DNA of 62,871 nt, the filler included, from Hausera hauseri (Eukaryota): NCBI GenBank assembly GCA_046269625.1. It is 10 parts of 10 records of this genome, joined end to end, with 100 filler letters (N's around TTAATTAATTAA, not from the genome) between each part and the next. Parts side by side here need not be neighbours in the genome. Positions count along the whole stretch, not along the records: positions 24,001 to 28,802 come from JBJURY010430585.1; positions 28,903 to 34,117 come from JBJURY010305388.1; positions 34,218 to 40,130 come from JBJURY010169640.1; 7 more parts are not named here. One strand, written 5' to 3'. The position numbers were made by a program, and so were the translations under genes. Every line of letters starts with the position of its first letter. Within the stretch, counting starts at the first letter, position 1. The notes beneath the pieces were generated by a model, which ran no database searches, was not told the DNA's origin, and saw only the letters and a list, made by a program, of their open reading frames with translations. Below are positions 27,913-37,700 of this stretch, piece by piece.

Positions 27913-28278
27913 TCAATCGAAAATGGTACGACGACGACGTTTGCTTATAGTTGATGAGCTCGATGATGCTCTACGTCGTTTTCTTATCATCAAGCCACTG
28001 CCAGCGAATTGTTTTTAGACTGATTCAACGACTCCCAGTGCAGCGCTTTTTATTTCAGACAAGTTATGTTCCTTCAGTGATGGTAAAATCGATTTGTTTT
28101 CATATAGTACGTCCTGTGCTGTTTTTGCTGCGACGGCTCCAATACGTTTCAACACCTGAAATGCCAAACGTGCCAATGTACGCAACAATCCAGAGCCACA
28201 CTGTTTACTAACGAAATACGGCAGTTCACCGCCTTTTTGGGGTTAACTGTAAATGGATACGCTTTCAGAATCAATCAT
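27913..28278 (-). pseudogene. Small Gly/basic virion core-like protein of a Polinton/adintovirus (between penton and MCP)
   Basis: MIDSESVSIYS*PQKGGELPYFVSKQCGSGLLRTLARLAF..DVL.., ending (after a frameshift) KRRRRTIFD*. The QxGG/QxGxG motifs resemble adenain cleavage sites. Confidence 0.7.
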
Positions 28279-28802
28279 GTTGTTGGATTCGACGGAAATG
28301 AAAATTTAGACTGGTTGTGGTACCGTACGGAAATTCAATAATGTATCCCGTGTCACATCGGATATTCTCTTCAACACTGTTTACAGATGTAGAAGCCACG
28401 GGTATGTACATTGGATTACCGAGCTTGACAGAAACATTGTCGCCAGCAGTATACTTGATGCTTTCCGGATAAATTTCACGGAGTAGAGGTACACGTACTC
28501 CACCGACCAAAATCAGTTCGGTGACGTTCACATAAATGTACATTTGACTTAGACCAGTTTTCAGTTTGGTTTTAAGTGTTGCAACATGTGCCGCCGCCGC
28601 CGCCGGCGCCGTCGATGACTCAAACCGCTGTTTTTCAAAACCCAATAGCATGGTCAAAGCTTTGTTCTACAAAATGTCGACAATATCCTTAGCCAGTTCA
28701 AATTTAATGTACCCATTTGCATCTAACTCGAAAACTTTAAATATCTCCTTGTACTTTTGATTTGAAGAAAAGTGTTGACAGAGATGTGCTACAGATTCGC
28801 AA
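28271..28802 (-). pseudogene. Polinton/adintovirus minor capsid protein (penton, single jelly-roll), C-terminal part
   Basis: MYIYVNVTELILVGGVRVPLLREI..NPMYIPV..IRCDTGYIIEFPYG..LNFHFRR. Truncated by the contig end. Confidence 0.85.
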
Positions 28803-28902
28803 NNNNNNNNNNNNNNNNNNNNNNNNNNNNNNNNNNNNNNNNNNNNTTAATTAATTAANNNNNNNNNNNNNNNNNNNNNNNNNNNNNNNNNNNNNNNNNN
28901 NN

Positions 28903-28979
28903 TTAGTCCTCATTAAAACCATAGGATAATAAACCTTAGTAAATAACAACGAAAATAAACGCACTCACCCCATCACACA
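28903..28979 (+). repeat. 77-nt exact terminal direct repeat of the contig (identical to 34041-34117)
   Basis: TTAGTCCTCATTAAAACC...CACCCCATCACACA is present at both contig ends. Confidence 0.95.
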
Positions 28980-30384
28980 TTACCTACTACTACAATAAGT
29001 AAAGTTATATACGTATCCCATTGGACCATTTGTCTTCGCCTAATTAAAAGGGATAATTTTGTTCCCCTCATTAATTCATAGTAGTAAAAGAAATGTCTCT
29101 CCTGACCATAATTAGTGACGATTGAACAGTACGTCCAAATAAAGTAATGTGAAATAATTCAAGAGAAAGGATCAAGATAAACTATTCAAATATTACAAGC
29201 TTAAACAGTCTACATTTAGGACAAATCTAGTCGACATTTCCAGTATATTCATTTCTGTGAACAATTCAATAATTATTGTTATATTTTTAGTCTACTATAG
29301 TAGGGTAAAAAGATGTTTCTGGAGTTCTCAATCGCATCACATAATCAGTCACATGATCAACACATACATCTCATGACCCTCCACAATATTGTGATCTGTC
29401 GCGTTACAAAAAATCATATAGTTTCTAATATTTCATTATTCTTTACTTCACCCGGTCCGGACAATTTTACCACTCTTATTAATATACCACCTTTTTAAAT
29501 ATATATGATTTAAAATGGTTCCCTTGGTTTGTAACAGTAAGGAGCACATAAATGAATTACAATTTCTTTACAAGTGCAACTTAAATGAGCACTTTTGTAT
29601 AACCGATTGGCGTCGAACTGCAGCGGAAATTGCAGTTAGTATTTTAAGACGTGTCAAATTCGATTATTTTAAACTTTGGTAATTCTTCGTTGTGTATTTC
29701 AGACGACGAGTTTTAGTTTTAAAAACAACAATAACCTGATTTGAAAATTTATATAAATAATTCAACGTTGACATAACTTTACAGGTTCACATTTTATGAT
29801 CACAGGCCATAATCAGGTATGATTATGTAATAATATAAAAAGGTCATATTCTGAATTCCAAAAAAAGTTTCTCAACCCAAATTTGTATTCACTGATAATG
29901 TTGCTTTTTTACTTTTTTTCTTAATTTTGAACTAGTTTTAACTCTTCATTTCTACTATTGTTTAACATATTGTGTAAAACGAAGAAAATCTTTTTCTAAC
30001 TCAAAATCTGACATTTTAAAGTAAGATTTACATTTCATTTCATTTTAATAAATTTTGAATTAACTTTAATTCTTTTGTATTATTGTTTTTATATATTATA
30101 TAAGGGTTCCCGTAGTCAAGGAATTAAGCAAAACACAATAATGTAATTAACCTTAGTTACATAATAGAGCTCTTTAAGGTCTCCATGGCTTGAAAATATC
30201 GCAGGTTTTGTCTTGAAGAAAACATAGTGAAGAGTTATTGTGACATCCGAACATATTTATTTCTTCATATATTTATAACAAAATTACCTTCAATAGTGCC
30301 AAGCATTTTTGTATATTTTTCAAAACAAAAATATATACAATAAATCATAAAAGGAGCCTTTTAGACTCCATACTCAATTTAATA

Positions 30385-30428
30385 CAGGGGTTCCCAAAGT
30401 ACGGCCCGCGGGCCAAATGCGGCTCGTG
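30385..30428 (+). mobile_element. hAT (Charlie/Buster-like) transposon left terminus fragment
   Basis: CAGGGGTTCCCAAAGTACGGCCCGCGGGCCAAATGCGGCTCG fits the typical hAT TIR plus GGCCCGCGGGCC subterminal palindrome. No partner TIR found. Confidence 0.65.
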
Positions 30429-30477
30429 ATACAAATACGAAATAATTAGTATAAAATTGCCGGTTCTGGCACAGACC

Positions 30478-30635
30478 CCCGGAATTGCGCAACTTCCGGT
30501 CGGAAATTGCGCAACGTCCGGTGTGAAATTGCGTAACTTCCGGTGCAAATTGCGTCACATCCGGAGGAAATTACACAATTTCCACCGGAAGTTGCGCAAT
30601 TTCCGGGCAGGAAATGACGCAAAAATTGCGCAGTA
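30478..30635. repeat. ~22-nt tandem repeat with palindromic core GGAARTTGCGCAAYTTCC (about 6-7 copies)
   Basis: Seen directly in the sequence. Confidence 0.85.
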
Positions 30636-30739
30636 GGCGTGTCCGGATGGAAAAATTGCGAAAATCCCGTAAGGACACTGGGGAATTGACCTAAAAGAAA
30701 AAGTGGTTTTTGGGGGATTGCGTGGGACTGAAGAAAAAT

Positions 30740-31645
30740 AATGCAATTTTCTCTTCACGGTTGACCTAGGCACATCACGGCGGTTCGAATGGTATAAGGT
30801 TTATATGGATAACTCTTCTGGATGACCCGTAAAAGAGAATGCCGGTTCTGGCACAGAGGTGAAAAATGACCGGAAAATCAATATCTCAGCCCGTACGAGT
30901 CGTACGGAGTTCGTTTTGGTGTCATTCGATTCGTCTCGATGAGCTGAGTCGAATGGACCACAAAGTGACGTGATTGGTTTGTACGGGCCGGCGTTGAGCA
31001 GAAAAGTGAGCTTAAATATTTTTTTGTTTTGAGTACTACTCAAAAACTAAATGCGATATGGTAAATTTTTATGTTCCATCGAGTAGTACATGTGAAACGC
31101 TATTGATCGGTATCCAAATGGAGTTGGTGTGATGAGTCGTTTGAGTACAAATCAATTGTGCGCTAGAGCGGTTTAAAGCATCTGAAAACGGGAAAAAACC
31201 GAATAACTTTGTAACCGTAGTGATTATGGCGTCAAGTCACATCATTAGAAAGGTAATGATGAGTCCAATCGAATGGTATATAGTATGGGGTCGACGGACT
31301 CACCCCGATTGAGTAGGGGATTAGGAAAATTTTTTACATTTTTCGGGTTGGTATCGGAACCAATAGACATATTGCATTTTTCTCTGTGCGGTTGATCTAG
31401 TCATGTCAGCCCGATTCGAATGATATATAACATGCTTCGGTAACTCTTCAGGCGGCCCGACAAAGTATATGCCGGTTCTGGAACAGTTGCTGGTTTTTCG
31501 GGACATGTCTAACATAATGCTCTATATCTCAGCCGGCAATAGCCCGATTGGATTGGTTGACATACCATTCGATTCGGCTCAAGGTGGTGTATTGAATACA
31601 TCCAACGTTAACATCATCGGATCATACGAATCGGAGTTATGAGTA
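30740..31645. repeat. Array of diverged ~120-nt nested inverted-repeat modules, probably the interior of a non-autonomous DNA transposon
   Basis: Cores of CATTCGATTC-N13-GAATCGAATG type at 30923-30955, 31077-31109, 31243-31275 and 31566-31598. 30740-30860 and 31370-31490 are direct duplicates. Confidence 0.7.
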
Positions 31646-31679
31646 AAAGATGGTGCAAATCGTTAAATTATTACTAACG

Positions 31680-32360
31680 CAGTATCATGACGGTATGTTA
31701 GGAGGTCACCAATCAAAGGAGCGAACTCTAGGCAGACTTAAAAGAAAATATTATTAGTACAATATGTCCAAAGATGTGGAAGAGTGGTGCAAAAGTTGTC
31801 CTATCTGTGCTGCGAGGAAAAATACAGGAATAAGAACTAAGATCCATTTGAAACCACTAGAATGTCCACCTGCTCCTATGGAATTTTCAGCAATGGACAT
31901 TTTGGGACCACTACCGATGACAATAAATGGAAATAAATATATTCTAGTGTTTGTTGACTTATTTTCCAGATGGCCAGTTGTGATCCCAATACCGGATCAA
32001 AATGCTCAAACGATTGCTCAAGCATTTGTCGAAGAAACTGTGTTTAATTACGGAGCACCTACCAAACTATTAACAAATCAAGCTCCCAATCTTACAGGAC
32101 AAGTAATGGCAGAGATTTCAAAAATATTTCAAATATTACAGTTGAAAACTACTCCATACCACCCACAAACCGATGGGACGGTAGAAAGGTTTAATGGTAC
32201 CTTGACCAATATGCTAGCAACAATGGTTAATGAACGACAGGATGATTAGGACGAATACATTAAACCTTGCTTATTTGCAATAAGGAATACAATACATCCT
32301 GCGACGAAAGAAACACCATTTTACTTAATGTACCTTAGGGATACCCATATGCCGATTGAT
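31680..32360 (+). mobile_element. Gypsy-type integrase fragment (HHCC plus DDE core)
   Basis: HDGMLGGH..CKSCPIC, MDILGPLP, VDLFSRW, TTPYHPQTDGTVERFN. Confidence 0.92.
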
Positions 32361-33361
32361 ATAGAGGTTCTAACAGACAAGATTACAATCGGAGCTGATG
32401 TTCGTAAAATGGTATTTAACCACTGTAAATGCCCAGTCAGACGGATAGCCGGAGTTCGCGATATCCTTTATCACGAAGAGGCTATCCGTAAATATCAATT
32501 GACCACAAATACTTATAAAAAGTTGGCAAAGAAATTCTACAATACTCGTGGAATGCCACTCCGAAGCACGGCCTTGGTACAATGCTACCAGGCCATATAT
32601 AAGCAATTCAAATGGATTGATGAAGTTATCACTCAGACCTCGGCCTCCGATCCGGTGCGAATAACACCAACCTCTGGTGGTAGAAAGAAACAGTTTCAGG
32701 CAGACAAAACAGTGACAATTGACAAGGAAGTTTATAAACCAGAGGCGATTAGATACAAAAGCCGAACCTCAGACAAATTCATCCATGTGCAGTTATCGGT
32801 GGATCAATGACAATCACGTGACTCCTTCTTATTATAATTTGGGACAATTTTCTTCAACTCCCGATCCCTCTGATGACTTTCGACCTTTCGACAATTCTCG
32901 ACAATTCAACAACGACAATTTAAAAATAGATGCGACATTTAGACAATTCTTGACAATTCAACACCGACAATTTAAAAATATGTTTGACGTCGACAATTCA
33001 ACTGATTTATTTTGTTGTACTTGTCCTAATTTGGACATACTTGATATACTGATTTTGTTATTCTGTTACATTTGTATTAATTTGGACATATTTGAGATTA
33101 CATATCCTAATTTGGACATTTTTATGGTATAACCACGGATGTGTATGTACTATATATACCGTAATTTTTCATGAAACGAACAGAACTATATTCTTGTAAT
33201 ATTTATGCTTACTGATATGTCTACACGTAAGTATATTCTCTGATTTGTTTTTTTTGTTTCATCAACTTTTGGAAGTTATACACCATTGCTCTTTCTGTAA
33301 TTATATCTATTGTTTGGTGAACGTCGTTTTGTTGACTAACTAACCTAAGTAATTAAGTAAC

Positions 33362-33633
33362 TTCTAAATAACATTGGTACATTGGTCAACCAGGTCTAAC
33401 GCTACCTGACGACCGCCCGTATAATTTTAAGTATAAGATAATAAACTACAGTAAATAACCTATTAAACTAGAGACTGCCCCATACACATTACCTACTAAT
33501 AGTTAGGTAAGTCATCACAACACCTCTCTGCAAACCCATTCACAGCGGCTAATCAAGTTAAAGATATTTGTTCTCCCCACTAATTAACCATTTACATAAG
33601 TCTCTCACAAAGTAATTAGTGAGGATTGAACAA
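33362..33633 (+). ncRNA. Putative structured RNA/DNA element, copy 1 of 2 (family unknown)
   Basis: Conserved blocks and covarying stems relative to the copy at 33985-34117 + 28980-29129. Confidence 0.4.
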
Positions 33634-33984
33634 TATTTGTTTTGTGGGGATTGTGCATTATTTTGTTTGCATGTGATAGTAGAGTGGTGTAAAAATAAGT
33701 ATAAACATATCAACGTTTGTCATAATTTTTCAAGAATTTATTCGGATCTGATCTGCTCTACTCTGACTTACCTTGTATTATTGTTCGATGACGTAAGTAA
33801 TATATTCGATATTGTATTATCATCGATTTTTGGTAATTTGTTTTTATAACATACATATACGTATTTGATTTGCGTTTATTCTGTGTCTTAGATATCTACT
33901 AAGTTTATTAATATACTCTTATTTCTACCTACGAGAAATTTTATCGTTGTTTTTATCCATAAATAACATTAAATCAATAAAGTT

Positions 33985-34117
33985 CCTAAATAAAGTGGAT
34001 ACAACGCCGACCAGGTCAACTCTACCTGTCGGCAGCCAGTTTAGTCCTCATTAAAACCATAGGATAATAAACCTTAGTAAATAACAACGAAAATAAACGC
34101 ACTCACCCCATCACACA
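33985..34117 (+). ncRNA. Putative structured element, copy 2; continues through the 77-nt overlap into 28980-29129
   Basis: Hairpin GCCGAC-CAGGT..ACCTG-TCGGC, then GATAATAAAC, AGTAAATAAC and CCCCAT.ACACATTACCTACTA blocks. Confidence 0.4.
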
Positions 34118-34282
34118 NNNNNNNNNNNNNNNNNNNNNNNNNNNNNNNNNNNNNNNNNNNNTTAATTAATTAANNNNNNNNNNNNNNNNNNNNNNNNNNN
34201 NNNNNNNNNNNNNNNNNGCCTGTAATGTATGATATAACAGATGATGATGATGATGAAATTATTTAAGAAAAGTTTCATAAGC

Positions 34283-34792
34283 AGTAGTAGAGGGAAAGGA
34301 GAGCATTAGGCCTATCCCGTCCGGCGGAGAAAAAAATTTATGTAGTTCGCGGAGGAGTCGTGAGGTAGAAAAATGATACACACATACACGATTAATATGG
34401 TGGAGATAGGAGACACACAGTTATGAAAGTGATACACACAAGTAAGCATGCTGCATAAATTTTAGGAGGACTTAAAATTTTGAATTTCGCCCCAAATTTT
34501 TTTTGTTTAAATTTTGGTAAATTGCATTTGTTTAAATTGTGTTATGTAGCTACTAAAAAGCCTAACAAACAAAAACAACATAAGACATAATGTAAAATAT
34601 TTATTAATATAATAGTTACAACACAATTAAATATTTACAGTTTTAATACAATAATGTCCATATGCGACACTTTTGTTCTTTGTTATACACTGGCGTTTAT
34701 CATCAAATGGATCCAGCGCCTTCTTTTTGGTACTAATCGGCATTAATTGATGGTTCTTGGTCCCAATTCGTTTATAAATAATAAACTCCAGG
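34283..34792 (-). mobile_element. Polinton end: AGTAGTAG terminus plus C-terminus of protein-primed PolB (34627-34790, minus)
   Basis: Minus translation EFIIYKRIGTKNHQLMPISTKKKALDPFDDKRQCITKNKSVAYGHYCI..stop has the K.AL..FDDKR..YGHY pPolB end. Polinton TIRs start with AG/AGT tandem repeats. Confidence 0.75.
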
Positions 34793-37700
34793 TGTGAAGA
34801 CAAGAGATATATTCAGAAATTAAATCCAGTTCGAATGTAGTTCCGATGTGGTAGTATCAAAATGATAAAAATAAAATGAAATATTCAGACGTTCAAATCC
34901 CAATCGAAATAACTGATGCAGGCCTCACAAGATCAAATATCCAATTGAACAAAATTATTAAAATGGCTAGTTAATTCAAAAGTTGTTAATAATCTATTAA
35001 CGTATTAAAACAGATCCATAAAATATTTTTACACCCAATTCGAAAAGAATAAAAGAATAAATAATTTCTATAACTGGATCGTTTTCAACCTTCAACAACA
35101 TATATTTTCGTAAGTGGAAATCTGGTTTTCATTGACGATTCTTCAATACTCTTTTTCGATTCACCTTCGGAAATGTAAAGATCCGCGCGTAAACATAAAA
35201 GAATGGACCTCCTTTTTTGATGATAAACAATAGTCCGTATGAAATAGACAAAATCAAAACTACGCTCAATAGATATTTTTAATTTGATTCTTAACAATAA
35301 AAAACGGAGTTTGTTTGTTAAATTTGTGTTTTGCTTCGAGGATAAACACGTTGTAAACCTTCCAGGGCATATGGACAACCATATGGTAAACCATTCCTAA
35401 TAGAATAAATACCATCGATATACTTAGCTCCTGATATTCTGTGGGATACTTTTCATAACCCAACAAAGATATCGTAAAATTCCATAATTTCGGAATAAAA
35501 TTTCCACAAAGAAAACGTCATTTCTGCGAGTCCAGATGTCGCATAATAAAATTGAAAAACTTTCGAATTCAAATTGTACACTCTGGCTTTGGAAAATACA
35601 TATTCCGTCATAATTAATGAAACTTCAGGAGTTGGTTTGGCAAATTTAGTAAAACTTTGTATTGACGCGAATTCAAATAAAGATCCCAAATTTTGCAAAA
35701 GACGTTAAACCAAAAGAACATAGAATAGTATGGTTTCTATATTTTAATTCCAAAATGACTCTAAAGTGACTAATAAATCGTTCATGATAATTTTCTATAA
35801 GTATTTCTGAAAAACTTTAGAGAAATATTTTGACTTAATTAAGATGTCCGAATTCACGAATTTTTTCCTTTTGTCTTACTTCGTCGTTTATTGAAGAAGA
35901 TGCTTGATCGGATGGAAGTCGAAGATTGTCATTATTTCTTTTTGATCTCCGCTAATAACACTCGAATACGTAGCCAAATTCTCAGATTTATATTGCTCAG
36001 TGTATCTTTCTGTTTGACGTAACGGCGAAGATGAAACCTCGAATGTTTTACAATTAAATTGTCATTTCGCCATGTTTTCAGTAGCCCAGCGAGAAAGTAA
36101 AAGCCTACGGCATTTTGAATGATACAAGCAATAACCAAAGTTGTATCTGAATGAATTCCGGTCGAACAAAAGGATTAGCTTGCATGGCTTTGAAATGATA
36201 TTATAACTTTTGGCAACTGAAAGGGAACTTGGTGTGATCGTATTGTGCCATTTTTGAGGCAGAAAATGGGGGCCTGCCTGTGTCCGACGCGTCGGCAGCG
36301 GAAACCCGGCCGTGTCCAACCGAATGGGCCAGAGGGCGGCGGTCGATGTGGGCATTACATCACTCCCCCCGTGACAGAGTTAAAACTATGAAGAGTAAAA
36401 GGATAGACAGAAAAAATTGCAAAACGAAAAGTGGCTGTGTCACTTGAGTTTAGTGTGAATAAGACGCTGGGTACCTTCGACTGATTTTTCCTTGCTATAC
36501 TTGCTGAATGTGACTCTGCGTGTTGTGTCTTTATGCGATGTGTTTGTTTGCAGGGATTGAAGTTGGGGAAAAAATTGGTAGATTTTGGTGTAGGTGTTGT
36601 GTCATGCAAAGATGAATCGGAATAAAGAGAAGAAGAGGATGAAGAAGGAAGAGTGATTGTTGAAGACGGATGGTTGAAGGCGTTGAAAAGAGTGTTAGAA
36701 GACGGAGGAGCGATGGAAGGTGTAGTGGTGGATAAAGGAAGAGAGGAAAAAGTTGGGGTAGATATTGGAATTGAGTATAGTGAAAGAGCGGAAGAGGAAG
36801 ATGAAACAGAGGTAGTGATAGAGATAGGAAGAGTAGTAGGAAGAGAAGTAGGTGTAGAAAATGCGACAGTACTAAGAGCAGTGGGGAAAGGTGGAACAGA
36901 TGCAGCAACAGATATAGGAATAGCGGGGAGTGGAGGAATGAGAAAAGAGGTTTATGTATCAGCTGGTAAGGTGTCGTCGACAAAGAAAGCGGGCTTTAAG
37001 TTGATAATGTGTACTGTAAGGTTTTTGCCATCTTTAGAGATAATGGTGTTGTGTGAGTGCAGCTGTATCAGTTTATAGGGCCCCAGGTACCGCGACTGAA
37101 AACACCAAGGCGCTTTATTCTTTAGCAATACGAATTTTGCCGAAAACAAATCTTCGGGTTAGTATGTTTTGTCTTTGTGAAGTAGCCTGCAAAACGAATC
37201 TTTGCTGATCTCGACGAAGTGATTTTGCGCCGCCCGTATCGTCTCATCCGTGGAATTGTCGTCTAGGGTGGATAGTTCGAATAATGATCGTACAGGAGCT
37301 CCGAATAAGGCTTCAGTAGGTGAGCATCCTGTAGAAGTGGACGGAATGTTCCTTCAACCGACCAGAACAAACGGAAGAAGATTTGTCCAACTAGTGTTGG
37401 ACTCTGCCAGAATTCTTAGTGACGTTTTCAATGTTCGGTGGAAACGTTCTAGAAGGACATTTGATTGGGGGTGATAAGGTGTAGTATGTCTGTGATGGAT
37501 CCCAAATAGGTTAACAAGGGATTTGAACAAGTTGGATTGAAACTGTGGACCCTGGTCCGTGATGATGAAACGAGGTGATCCAAACCTGCTAATCCATGTG
37601 CAAATGAGAATGTCAGCTATAGTGTCGGTATTTGTGTTCCGCAGAGGGATGGCTTCTGGCCATCGCGAGGAACAATCCATCATGGTGAGGATGGATTGAT

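Noticed and set aside
30478-31645. CRISPR-like appearance of repeated palindromes
   Set aside because: Repeats are not identical, there are no regular unique spacers or cas genes, and the context is eukaryotic.
33336-33348. CTAACCTAA upstream of the structured element (telomerase-template-like), plus terminal ACA-NNN (H/ACA-like)
   Set aside because: The template-like string is missing from the second copy and no ANANNA H box lies in the expected place, so neither telomerase RNA nor snoRNA can be claimed.
36531-37078. Leu/Phe-rich and Glu/Val-rich ORFs
   Set aside because: Alternative frames of the low-complexity Ser/Pro-rich tail after the Gypsy integrase.
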